DNA from: an uncultured Caldilineales bacterium
GTDB lineage: Bacteria > Chloroflexota > Anaerolineae > JAAEKA01
Length of the DNA stretch: 64,000 nt
Reading direction: 5' to 3'
Assembly: GCA_937907455.1 (NCBI GenBank)
Contig: CALESQ010000076.1
Span: 68,793 to 132,792 of the forward strand
Shown here: positions 53,255-63,500 of the stretch, piece after piece
Position numbering within the stretch: the stretch's first letter is position 1
Layout of the letters: the number at the start of each line of letters is the position of its first letter
Position numbers and translations under genes: made by a program
Notes under the pieces: model-generated
What the model was told of the DNA's origin: nothing
The model's database searches: none
Seen by the model: only the letters and a program-made list of their open reading frames with translations

Positions 53255-55962
53255 ATAAAGCCATCGAACGTTTAAAAAAAGTTTTTGAATACGAGCAGAA
53301 CCAGGGCTATCGCAACAAAGCGGTGATCGGTGGCCTGGGACGCTTGGCCGAACGCTGGCAACTGGATGCCCAGCGCGAAGCCACGTTGCCCGGTCAGACA
53401 GCCCTGCTGAGCCATATCATAGACGGCCTGAATCGCTACAGCCAACTGAGCGTAGCCGAACGTAAGGAAGCGCTGGATGTAATGCGTCGTCTGGCCGAGC
53501 AGTGGGATGCCCCACCCGCTGGCCTGACGATGTTGACGCCGCCCCAGCCCGCGGCACCTGCTGCCGCGCCGCGGCCTCAGCCGGCGGTGGCAGCTTCGCC
53601 CAAACCGGCGGCGCCTCAGCCTAAACCAGTCGCAGCGCAGCCTCAACCTGGGGTGACTCAGCCTAAAGCCGCCGCGCCTTCCTCTCAGCCCAAACCGGCT
53701 CCGGCGTTGCCTAAACCGGCGCGTCAACCAGCCCCGTCCAAGCCGACGCACGGCAAGCCGGCGGCGGCCCCGCGCACACCGGGCGGCTCATTGCAGCCGC
53801 TGGGATCAGCCTATGCCGGTACGCGGCCCACGCCGGTGGGCACGGCCAGCCTGAATGCTTCGGTGAGTCGTATCCCTGGCATTGGCACGCGCTATTCCGA
53901 GCGGCTGGCAAAGCTTAACCTGCACACCGTGGGCGATATGCTATGGTTTGTGCCGCGACGCTACGATGACTACCGCAGCATGAAGCCCATCTGCCAACTG
54001 CGCGATGGTGAGCAGGTGACAGTGCTGGCTAACGTGTGGGAGGTGCGTACCAAGCGCCTGGCTGGCCGCGGGGCAGCCATCACCACGGCTGTGCTGGCCG
54101 ATTCCACGGCTACCATTGAGGTGAGCTGGTTTAACCCGCACATAGCCAAGCGTCTGCATCAGGGGCAGGCCTATGTCTTCAGCGGCAAGGTGCAGAGTTA
54201 CCTGGGGCGCTTGCAGATGCGCAGCCCTGAATTTCAGTCACCTGATGACACGCTGTTGCATGCCGGGCGTTTGTCGCCGGTTTATCCGCTTACCGAGGGG
54301 ATCAGCGCGCATTGGATGCGTGAAACACAAAAACGCGTAGTGAACGAATGGGGCCATCGTGTGTTCGATCACCTGCCAGAGGAGCTTCGCCGCCGCGCTG
54401 ATCTGGTTAGCTTGCCAGAAGCGTTGGATCAGGTACATTTCCCCAACAGCCTGGAAAGCCTGGCCGAGGCAAGACGCAGGCTGGCCTTCGATGAGCTATT
54501 CTTCATTCAATTAGGCGTGTTGCAGGCGCGCGTGCAGTTTCGCGCTTTGCCAGCACCGCGCTTTGCTATCAGCGAGGCTGATCAGGCGGCCTTCCTCGCC
54601 GCCCTGCCCTTCAGCTTTACGGCAGCGCAGGCGCGTGCCACGCAGGCTATTCTCGATGATCTGGCCGATGAGCGCCCGATGAGCCGCCTGCTGCAGGGCG
54701 ATGTTGGTTCTGGCAAAACCGCCGTGGCCGCCAACGCCATGTGGGCGGTGGTGAGCAACCGCGGTCAGGCCGCGATGATGGCTCCCACAGAGATTCTGGC
54801 AGAGCAGCACTACCGCAGCCTGAGCCGCCTGTTTGCCGGTCTCACGGTGGGCGACCGTCCCGTGCGGGTGGCCTTGCTGACGGGCAATGTGCGCGGGGCC
54901 GACCGCGCGGCAACGCTGGCCGGGCTGGCCTCCGGCGCGATAGATATTGCCGTGGGGACGCAGGCTCTGATTCAGGAAGGGGTGACGTTTGCTTCGCTGG
55001 GGCTGGCGGTGATTGATGAGCAGCATCGTTTTGGGGTGCGCCAGCGCGCCACCCTGCGCGGGGCCGCGGAGCCAGGTGAGGAAACCGCCGACTCAGCCCA
55101 ACCCGCTGCGACAGAGGTGCAGGCTCCTGCCCCTCACCTGTTGGTGATGACTGCCACCCCGATCCCGCGCACGCTGTCGTTGACGATCTTCGGCGACCTG
55201 GATGCCTCGGTGATTGACGAAATGCCACCGGGGCGCCAGCCAATCAAAACCCGCTGGTTTACTGTGCGCGAGCGTGAACGCGCCTACAACCTGGTGCGCC
55301 GCCAGGTAGACGAGGGTCGTCAGGCTTTCATTATCTATCCGCTGGTAGAGGAATCGGAAAGCCTTGCTGCCAAAGCTGCACTGCCACAGTTTGATTTGCT
55401 GAGCAAAGAGGTGTTTTCCACGTTGCGTTTGGGCCTGCTGCATGGGCGCATGAAAAGCGCAGAAAAAGAAGCGGTGATGCTGGCGATGCAGCGCGGCGAA
55501 ATTGATATTCTGGTGGCTACCTCGGTGGTTGAGGTCGGTATTGATATTCCCAATGCCACTATCATTATGATCGAAGACGCCGAACGTTTTGGCCTGGCGC
55601 AGTTGCATCAGTTTCGCGGGCGTGTGGGCCGCGGTCCCCATGCTTCGTACTGCATTCTGGTGTCCGACTCGGCTACTCCCAATGCCGAAGAGCGCCTGCG
55701 CGCTTTGGAGCAGTCGCAGGACGGCTTTGTACTGGCCGAAAAAGATCTGCAACTGCGCGGCCCAGGCGATTTCTTCGGCACACGGCAAAGCGGCCTGCCT
55801 GATCTGAAAATGGCTCAACTGGGCGATTTGCGCACGCTGGAACAGGCGCGCAGCGCCGCCGAGCAAGTATTGGAGCAGGACCCTGAGCTGAGTCGGCCCG
55901 AACATCTGGCATTGGCGCGCAAGGTACGCCGCTTCTGGCGCAACGAAGGAGATGTAAGCTGA
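53251..55962 (+). CDS. recG: ATP-dependent DNA helicase RecG with an N-terminal extension of about 200 aa
   Basis: GDVGSGKT, VIDEQHRFGV, MTATPIPRT, TSVVEVGIDIPNA and QLHQFRGRVGRG motifs. The GTG start overlaps the degV stop (GTGA). Confidence 0.9.
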   Translation: MNKAIERLKKVFEYEQNQGYRNKAVIGGLGRLAERWQLDAQREATLPGQTALLSHIIDGLNRYSQLSVAERKEALDVMRRLAEQWDAPPAGLTMLTPPQPAAPAAAPRPQPAVAASPKPAAPQPKPVAAQPQPGVTQPKAAAPSSQPKPAPALPKPARQPAPSKPTHGKPAAAPRTPGGSLQPLGSAYAGTRPTPVGTASLNASVSRIPGIGTRYSERLAKLNLHTVGDMLWFVPRRYDDYRSMKPICQLRDGEQVTVLANVWEVRTKRLAGRGAAITTAVLADSTATIEVSWFNPHIAKRLHQGQAYVFSGKVQSYLGRLQMRSPEFQSPDDTLLHAGRLSPVYPLTEGISAHWMRETQKRVVNEWGHRVFDHLPEELRRRADLVSLPEALDQVHFPNSLESLAEARRRLAFDELFFIQLGVLQARVQFRALPAPRFAISEADQAAFLAALPFSFTAAQARATQAILDDLADERPMSRLLQGDVGSGKTAVAANAMWAVVSNRGQAAMMAPTEILAEQHYRSLSRLFAGLTVGDRPVRVALLTGNVRGADRAATLAGLASGAIDIAVGTQALIQEGVTFASLGLAVIDEQHRFGVRQRATLRGAAEPGEETADSAQPAATEVQAPAPHLLVMTATPIPRTLSLTIFGDLDASVIDEMPPGRQPIKTRWFTVRERERAYNLVRRQVDEGRQAFIIYPLVEESESLAAKAALPQFDLLSKEVFSTLRLGLLHGRMKSAEKEAVMLAMQRGEIDILVATSVVEVGIDIPNATIIMIEDAERFGLAQLHQFRGRVGRGPHASYCILVSDSATPNAEERLRALEQSQDGFVLAEKDLQLRGPGDFFGTRQSGLPDLKMAQLGDLRTLEQARSAAEQVLEQDPELSRPEHLALARKVRRFWRNEGDVS

Positions 55963-56438
55963 TGACCGTGGCCTTGTACCCTGGCTCTTTCGATCCCATC
56001 CACAACGGCCACATTGATGTAGCCACGCGCGCCGCACACCTTTTCCAGCGGCTGGTGGTGGCTATCTACGATAATCCCGCCAGCAAGCGGTTGCTGTTCA
56101 GCACCGAACAGCGGGTAGAGCTGGCCCGCGGCGCGCTGGCCCATCTCAGTAACGTCGAGGTGATCCCTTACCGCGGGCTGACGGCGGCGCTGGCGCAGCA
56201 GATCGGCGCCGCCGCGCTGGTGCGCGGCCTGCGCGCCAGCGCCGATTATGAATACGAAGCGCAGTTGGCCCACGCCAACAAAGCGTTGGCCGCCGAGGTA
56301 GAAACGGTGATGCTGCTTACCAGCCTGCAATACGCCTATCTCAGTGCTACCATTTTGAAAGAGGTAGCCGCGCTGGGGGGCGACATCACCCAGTGGGCTC
56401 CGCAAGCGGTGCAGGACGCGCTGCACCGGGCGCGTTAG
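55962..56438 (+). CDS. coaD: phosphopantetheine adenylyltransferase
   Basis: ALYPGSFDPIHNGHIDV (HxGH) and a RGLR..DYEYE motif. The ATG overlaps the recG stop by 1 nt. Confidence 0.9.
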   Translation: MTVALYPGSFDPIHNGHIDVATRAAHLFQRLVVAIYDNPASKRLLFSTEQRVELARGALAHLSNVEVIPYRGLTAALAQQIGAAALVRGLRASADYEYEAQLAHANKALAAEVETVMLLTSLQYAYLSATILKEVAALGGDITQWAPQAVQDALHRAR

Positions 56439-56457
56439 GCGCGCCGCGAGGTATGGC

Positions 56458-56898
56458 ATGGAACTTCAACAGCTAATCAATCAACTGGAGACGGTGATCA
56501 GCCAGAGCAAGCGGGTTCCGCTCTCGCAGAACATCATGGTAGATGAAGAAGCAGTACGGCGCATCATTGATCAGATGCGCGTCTCGGTGCCGGACATCAT
56601 CCGCCAGGCCGAGCGTACCCTGGGCGAACGTGACCGCATCATTGCGCAGGCCAACGAAGAGGCAACGCGCATTGTGCAGTTGGGCCGCGAACAGGCCACC
56701 GACATGGTAGAGCATCACGAATTGGCCGAGGAAGCGCGGCGGCGCGCTCATGACATGTTGCTGAGCGCCGAGCGTGAGGCAGCAGGCATGCGTGCCGATG
56801 CCGACCGCTATGCACTGCATACTCTCAGCACACTGGCCGAACAGGTAGGCAAGATCGAGCGCGAGGTGCAAAACGGCATCGCCGCGCTGGGCAAGTAA
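56458..56898 (+). CDS. hypothetical coiled-coil protein
   Basis: 146 aa, highly charged with a heptad-like composition. No family assigned with confidence. Confidence 0.45.
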   Translation: MELQQLINQLETVISQSKRVPLSQNIMVDEEAVRRIIDQMRVSVPDIIRQAERTLGERDRIIAQANEEATRIVQLGREQATDMVEHHELAEEARRRAHDMLLSAEREAAGMRADADRYALHTLSTLAEQVGKIEREVQNGIAALGK

Positions 56899-56906
56899 GC
56901 TACTCA

Positions 56907-58034
56907 ATGAAGCAACTATCACGGGATATACAGCAGGAAACCTGGCTGGTAACCGCGGCCCGACCCTCCGAGCCGGGCGAGCCGCTGAATGTTCCCTTGA
57001 CGCCGGCCTCGAATTTCATCATCGGCAGCGGGAGAGATTACGCGCGCGGTGACGGCACCCCTACCTGTGAAGCGCTGGAGCAGCTGATAGGCGGGCTGGA
57101 GCATGGCCGCGCCGTGGCCTTTGCCTCTGGGATGGCGGCGGCTGCCGCGCTCTTTGATCAACTGCCAGCAGGTGCAGTGGTGGTGCTACCCGATGATTGC
57201 TATCAGGGTGTGGCCGGGCTGGCCGCGGCCGGTGTCGCGCGCCAGCGCTGGACGGTGCAGCGCATAGCCCAGGAGGATACTGTAGGCTGGCAGCGCGCTT
57301 GCGGCTATGCTGATCTGCTCTGGCTTGAGTCGCCCTCCAACCCATTGTTGACTGTAGCTGATCTGGCGGCTATTTGCCAGGCTCCGCGCAAGGCCGGGGC
57401 CATTGTTGCAGTGGATAACACCTTTGCCACACCACTGAACCAGCAGCCGCTGGACTTCGGCGCTACGGTCTCGGTGCAGTCGGCCACCAAATTCATCGGC
57501 GGTCATTCTGACCTGTTGGCCGGGGTGGTGACCACGCGTGATGAGCGTTTGTGGCAAGGGCTGCGCGCTTCGCTGGCCCTTACCGGCGCGATCCCCGGTG
57601 CGCTGGAAGCGTTTTTGGCTGTGCGCGGCGCCAGAACTTTGGCCTTGCGCCTGCGTCAGGCTCAGCAAAGTGCCCTGTGGCTGGCACAACGGCTGGAAGA
57701 GCATCCGTTGGTGACGCGGGTGCGCTACCCGGGATTAGCTTCACATCCCACGCATGAAATGGCCAAGCGCATGTTGCAGGGCTTCGGCACGATCATTTCT
57801 TTTGACCTGCGCGGCGGTGCGGCTTTTGCCGACGATGTGTGTCGCACCGTGCAGGTGATTCGTCATGCCACCAGCCTGGGTGCGGTGGAGTCGACCATGG
57901 AGCGCCGCGCGGCGGTACAGGGTCAGGAACATTTGCCGCCCTCGCTGCTGCGTCTCAGTGTGGGCATCGAAAACGCCGGTGACCTGTGGACCGATCTTGA
58001 CCAGGCCCTGAGCGCGGCGGCTCACGCTGGCTGA
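56907..58034 (+). CDS. PLP-dependent cystathionine gamma-synthase/beta-lyase family enzyme
   Basis: SATKFIGGHSDLLAGVV (PLP-Lys motif) and a C-terminal LRLSVGIE motif of the Cys/Met metabolism PLP family. Confidence 0.85.
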   Translation: MKQLSRDIQQETWLVTAARPSEPGEPLNVPLTPASNFIIGSGRDYARGDGTPTCEALEQLIGGLEHGRAVAFASGMAAAAALFDQLPAGAVVVLPDDCYQGVAGLAAAGVARQRWTVQRIAQEDTVGWQRACGYADLLWLESPSNPLLTVADLAAICQAPRKAGAIVAVDNTFATPLNQQPLDFGATVSVQSATKFIGGHSDLLAGVVTTRDERLWQGLRASLALTGAIPGALEAFLAVRGARTLALRLRQAQQSALWLAQRLEEHPLVTRVRYPGLASHPTHEMAKRMLQGFGTIISFDLRGGAAFADDVCRTVQVIRHATSLGAVESTMERRAAVQGQEHLPPSLLRLSVGIENAGDLWTDLDQALSAAAHAG

Positions 58035-58207
58035 TTGTCGGCGCCTCATTGGTTGCTGCGATATTAGCTAGTCATGGTACTCAGGGAGCCGTCGGGTCCA
58101 GTAGATGGTGGCGGCGCTAGCCACCAGCTGCTTCTCCGAGACAGAGGTGAGTTTACACCCGATCACCCCCACAACCGTACCGAGACCCTTCCCGTCGGGT
58201 TTCGATA

Positions 58208-58259
58208 CGGGGCAGGCAGGGGTTCTGTCCAGGCAACTGGTTTGGTTCGAGCGGCAAGA
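58208..58259 (+). repeat. copy B of the ~50-nt repeated element, inside the proS leader
   Basis: See 1..50. Contains the CCAG-GCAA-CTGG hairpin and is preceded by a CCCGT...ACGGG hairpin. Confidence 0.6.
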
Positions 58260-58317
58260 TAGCGTTTAGCTTGCTGAACTTTACGCAACAACTTTGTTTA
58301 TGATGTGAGGGTGTGTA

Positions 58318-60072
58318 ATGCGTCTTTCCCGTGCTTTTTTCCAGACTCTTCGCGAAGTTCCGTCTGATGCAGAGGTGGCTAGCCATCAACTGCTGCTGCG
58401 TGCTGGCTTTATCCAGCCGCTGGGCGCGGGTATCTATTCCTATCTGCCGTTGGCGCGGCGCAGCATGGACAAGATCGAGGCGATTATCCGCGCTGAAATG
58501 AACGCTATTGGCGGCCAGGAAGTCACCATGCCGGTGGTGCATCCCGCAGATCTGTGGCAGCAGACAGGGCGCTGGGATACGGCTTACCCCGAGCTGGTGC
58601 ATTGGCGTGACCGCGGCGGGCGCGACATGACTCTGGCGATGACGCACGAAGAAGTAGTGGCCGACCTGACGCGGCGTGAGATCACTTCGTATCGTCAGTT
58701 GCCGCAGCTTATCTATCACCTGCAAACTAAGTTTCGCGACGAGCCACGGCCGCGCAGCGGGTTGATCCGTGTGCGCGAGTTCACTATGAAGGATTCGTAT
58801 TCGCTGGATGCAGACGAGGCCGGGCTGGACCGGCAATACCGCGCTCATTGGCAGGCTTATTTCAACATCTTTCGTCGCTGTGGGCTGGCGGTGATTGCCG
58901 TGCGCGCCGATGTAGGCATGATGGGCGGCAGCCTGTCGCACGAGTATATGGCACTCACTGCAGTGGGTGAGGACACGTTGCTGCTGTGTGATCACTGCGG
59001 CTATGCGGCCAATCGCCAGGTGGCGCGCTTCCGTCGGTCTGAGCCTGCTGCTGAAACGCTGTTGCCGGTGCAGCGCGTAGCCACGCCCGACTGCAAAAGC
59101 ATTGCCGATCTGGCCTCCTTCCTGCAAATTTCTGCCAGCCGCACGGCAAAGGCTGTTTTTCTGCGTGATACAGGCAGCGGCCGGCTGGTGTTCGCGGTGG
59201 TGCGCGGCGACCGTGAGGTGAACGAAACCAAGCTGGCTAATGCTGTGGGCGCTGCCGCTTTGCAACCTGCCACCGAAGCAGAAATTCGCAGCATGGGTGC
59301 TGAACCAGGCTACGGCTCGCCGGTTGGGGTACATGATTGTTTGGTGGTGGTGGATGAGCTGGCTGCGGCCTCGCCCAATCTGGTGGCCGGAGCTAACGAA
59401 GCTGGCTATCACCTGCTCAATGTCACCTGTGGCCGCGACTATCATCCCGACCTGGTGACTGACATCACTGCCGCAGAAGAAGGGGATGGCTGCGAGAATT
59501 GTGGCGGTGCGCTGCGCAGTGTGCGCGGGGTTGAGGTAGGCAACATCTTCAAGCTGGGAACGCGCTACAGCGATGCCATTGGTGCATTCTACGACGACGC
59601 CCAGGGCAGCAAGCGCCCGGTGGTGATGGGATCTTATGGCATCGGTGTGGGGCGGCTGCTGGCTACCGTGGCAGAAACGCACCACGATGAGTTTGGTTTG
59701 ATCTGGCCGGTGAGCATTGCGCCTTTTCAGGTGCATTTGGTGCTGCTGCCTCGAAAAGCACCGGAGGCCGTGAGTGTGGCTGATACGTTGTACGCCGCAC
59801 TCACCGAGGCAGGGATTGAAGTACTCTACGACGACCGCGAAGAACTTAGTCCGGGTGTGAAGTTTAACGATGCTGATCTGATCGGCTTGCCGTTGCGCCT
59901 TACCGTGGGGGCAAAGTCGTTGCAGGAGGGCGGTGTGGAAATAAAGCGGCGCACGGCTGAGCAGAGAACCTTGGTGGCCCTGGATTCTGCGGTGAAGGCG
60001 GTGCAAGATGAATTGGCTGCGCTGCGTTCTGAGTTGGTTGCAACAGTGATTGAAACCCCTTTTGCCGGTTAG
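58318..60072 (+). CDS. proS: prolyl-tRNA synthetase (bacterial type with INS editing domain)
   Basis: MRLSRAFFQTLREVPSDAEVASHQLLLRAGFI, class II motifs (FRDE.RPR.GL.R.REF, GMMGGS..HE), 584 aa. Confidence 0.95.
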   Translation: MRLSRAFFQTLREVPSDAEVASHQLLLRAGFIQPLGAGIYSYLPLARRSMDKIEAIIRAEMNAIGGQEVTMPVVHPADLWQQTGRWDTAYPELVHWRDRGGRDMTLAMTHEEVVADLTRREITSYRQLPQLIYHLQTKFRDEPRPRSGLIRVREFTMKDSYSLDADEAGLDRQYRAHWQAYFNIFRRCGLAVIAVRADVGMMGGSLSHEYMALTAVGEDTLLLCDHCGYAANRQVARFRRSEPAAETLLPVQRVATPDCKSIADLASFLQISASRTAKAVFLRDTGSGRLVFAVVRGDREVNETKLANAVGAAALQPATEAEIRSMGAEPGYGSPVGVHDCLVVVDELAAASPNLVAGANEAGYHLLNVTCGRDYHPDLVTDITAAEEGDGCENCGGALRSVRGVEVGNIFKLGTRYSDAIGAFYDDAQGSKRPVVMGSYGIGVGRLLATVAETHHDEFGLIWPVSIAPFQVHLVLLPRKAPEAVSVADTLYAALTEAGIEVLYDDREELSPGVKFNDADLIGLPLRLTVGAKSLQEGGVEIKRRTAEQRTLVALDSAVKAVQDELAALRSELVATVIETPFAG

Positions 60073-60535
60073 CTTTCTGGATTCATGGGGCTATTACAAT
60101 TAAATCTTATTTGTCATGGTATTGTAATATTGAGTGTTGCGTTTTTATATATTTTTCTTTCTTGAAAGATTTCTTTTGAGATGTAAGTTTTTTATCGTTT
60201 TACAGGGATTTTATTCCGGTTGGTGTAGGTTATGATGGGGAGAAATGAGAAAAAGCGCGCAGATGATTTCCGCGGGGCGGGCAGCATTAAAAGGGCGCGT
60301 ATTGGAGGGTGAGGTTTAGCAACTTTCGTTGTATCCAATGCAGCTTCCTGAGAAGGTTTGGGGAACAGCCGCTGAATTATTCAGCAATCAAATCAGAAAC
60401 CATAGTATGATAATATAGTTGGGAAGATGATTTATCGTCTAACTTCACTATATTTCGTTGCCTGCTTATTTTCATTATTTGAACAAGGTTGAGCAGGACG
60501 ATTAATTAGCTGTAGGTTTCTATGAGGAGAGAACT

Positions 60536-63500
60536 GTGAATCACAAGTTTTTGTCAAAGACGAGGTGGGGTAAGTCCCTGCTGAACAGCCTTTTGGCTGC
60601 TATTATGGTGTTTGGCCTGATTTGGGCGGTATTGCCGGGTTTGCCGGTGGCGGCTGCCAATCTGGCGCAGGACCAGGTGACCGGCAATGACACGGAACAG
60701 ATCGCTGCCCCTGATGCGCCGGATGCCATCTCGGTGACCGTATTTCGCGACTATGATGCCGACGGTGTTAAAGACACGTTGGAACCAGGTGTCAGCGGGG
60801 TTACGGTTACAGCCTATCGGCCCAGTGCTTCTGGCTATGCTTCGCCAGTGGTGGCTACGGGTGGCACTAATGGTGTTTACTCACTGGCTACCGGTTCTGG
60901 CACCTATCGCATTGAGGTGACTGGCCTGCCGGCCTATCTTTTCAGCGGTGCGCAGGGGGCTACCACCACGGCATTCATCGCCAACGGCGCCAGCGTTGCA
61001 ATCGGTCTGGCTAACCCCGGCCAGTATGCTCCCAGCACCACGCTGGAGGTAGCCATTGCCCGCCACCAGGCGGCCTATCGTTCTGATGTGGATAGCCAAT
61101 GGGCGATCTCCCGCTTTGTAGAGAACGCCGGTTCCACCAGCACCGTGCGCGAGTCGTATGACCTTCCGGAAGACACAGAAGGCGCGCTGCAAGGCGAAAT
61201 CGGCACAACCTGGGGTGTGGCCCACGACAGCATCAACGACCGTTTGCTGGCAGGTTCGATGGTGAAGCGGTTTGGGCGGTTGAAGGGCAATCCTACCACC
61301 ATTTATAGTGTGCCGCTCAGTGGCGCTGCAGCTCCTACTGCCTGGGTGACGCTGGATGCAGCGCGTACCAATCCCCACGGCGCTTCACCGAACTGGTATC
61401 AGGATCATGCGGTGATCCCGTTTGTCGGTAAAGAGGGCCTGGGTGATGTGGACATTGCCGAAGATGGCAGCATGGTTTACACCATTGACCTGGGCACGCG
61501 CGAGTTTGTGCGCATTCCGGTAAATGCTAACGGCAGCGCCGGCACGCCGGTGAAGGTGGCGCTGTTGCCCGCTTTGGGTACGCCCAGCGGTTGTTCTGCC
61601 AATGGCGATTTGCGCCCCTTTGGTTTGGGCGTCAACGATGGCAAGGTGTATCTTGGCGTGGTTTGTAGCGCCGAGTCTACGGTGACAGCGGGTTCTTTGC
61701 CTACTTCGCTCATAACGTATCCCAAGCCCGGCGACCGTACCAAGCTCTATGCCTATATTTATGAGTGGAATGGCGCTTCCGGTTTCACGCAGCGTTTGAA
61801 CTTTCCTCTGAACTACGAGCGCGGTTGTGTGGCTGCCGCTGATACGTTGACCACGAACTGCACCACCTGGGGCAATGCCGGCTGGCTGGCCTGGGCACCG
61901 GTTTATCCGATTTCGCAACTGGGAGGCTGGCAAGGGCACCATTATCCGCAGCCGCTTATTTCAGATATCGAATTTGTCAACGGTGACATGATTCTGGGTA
62001 TGGCTGACCGCTTCTCCTTCATGGATGGTTTTAATGCCGTTGAACCAACCGGATTCACCAGCGTTGTAGTCAACTCTGCGGGTGATACCCTGCGTGCATG
62101 CAGCACCGGCCCCGATACCTGGGTGATGGAAAAGCTCATCTCTGGCAACACGGCCTGCGATACGGCTGGCCTGGGCTACGGTGTGGGTAACACCGAAACC
62201 ATTGATGAATACTTCCATGACGATGATTTTGCCCATGACACCAGCAATACCCTGAATCCTAAGATCTTCAGCGAAGTTAGCCTGGGCGGTGTGCTGGCTA
62301 TTCCTGGTCGCGACTATGTGGCGACCAGCGCGTTTAATGCGTCGCGCCCTGTATCCCTTGCCTGGTACGAAGAGGGTGTGCATTTCTATAACCTTGCTTC
62401 GGGTAACTGGATTCGCGGCTATCGGCTCTGGAACAGCACCTCCCCCCAAACCCTGGGCAAAGGTTCTGGCTTGGGTGATATGGAAGCCCTTGTGGATCCG
62501 GCTCCGCTGGAGATCGGCAACCGATTGTGGTGTGATACTGGCAACGTCAATGGCGTGGGTGCCTACAATGGCGTACAGGATCCGGGTGAAGCGGTTATTG
62601 CCAACGCCACGGTGACGCTGCAATGCGATACTAACGGCAGCCCTGCTTCCTTCGAGGCAACCGCTAACGCCACCACCGACGCTAACGGGTTGTATTTGTT
62701 CAAAGATAATACAGGCAACATTACCGGCGCTAATGGCTGGCCGGCAGCCACCTGGGACAGTGCGGTACGCATTATCCCGCGCACTGCCGCTTGTCGTCTT
62801 GTCGTCAACAGCACGCAAGCGGCTATTCTCAGCAGTTGCGGCGGTAGCGCTCTCGCCTTAAGCAATAACGGCGGTACTGATGCCGGAGCCGATCTGCGCG
62901 ACAGCGATGGCATAGCTGGTGTGGGCGGTGCAGGCTACAGCGGTGTGACCTTCACCACCGGCAAAAGCGGCGAGAATGATCATAGCCTTGATTTTGGTTT
63001 CACCAACAAGGTTGGTTCCATCGGCAACTACGTGTGGGTGGACGAGAACTCGGATGGCTATCAGGATGCGGGTGAGCCGGGTCTGCCCAACGTGCGCGTC
63101 AATCTGTACAACAGCGCAGGCACGGTGGTGGCTACCACGGTCACCGATGCGCATGGCGGCTATCTGTTCACTAATCTGTCGCCAGGGGCGTACTTCGTGC
63201 GGGTGGACAGCACCACGCTGCCCGCGGGTATGACGCAGACCACAATCTACACCAATGCCAATGCGGATTTTGGCAACCAGAACCAGAGCAGCGGTTTCGG
63301 CTATGCAGCAACCATCGGCGGCAGTTCGCCGTGGGAGAACCTGACCGCTGACTTCGGCTACAACTACAATCCGACCCCCGACGTCAACAGCAACACCAAC
63401 ACCGCCACCATCGGTGACCGCGTGTGGGTGGATACAGACTCGGATGGCAAGCAGGATCCCAACGAAGTAGGCATTGCCGGTGTGGTGCTCACGCTGAAGA

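Noticed and set aside
58208-58259. RNase P RNA 3' end (minus-strand ACAGAACC resembles the conserved ACAGAAYCCGGCUUA), or a tRNA-like T-arm (GGTTCGAG).
   Set aside because: Only about 9 nt match the RNase P motif. The required GGCUUA and the rest of a 350-400-nt RNase P RNA are absent from a 283-nt gap. No T-stem pairing flanks GGTTCGAG.
58035-58317. Proline T-box riboswitch upstream of proS.
   Set aside because: The position and a bulged stem are suggestive. However, I cannot find the conserved T-box sequence or a convincing terminator/antiterminator alternative, and part of the leader is a repeat also found at 1..50 with no aaRS gene downstream. I keep it only as a hypothesis to test with a covariance model.
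60232-60312. 26-aa ORF (MMGRNEKKRADDFRGAGSIKRARIGG) in the AT-rich island upstream of the adhesin, as a possible leader peptide.
   Set aside because: There is no convincing ribosome-binding site and I cannot check conservation. It is indistinguishable from chance.
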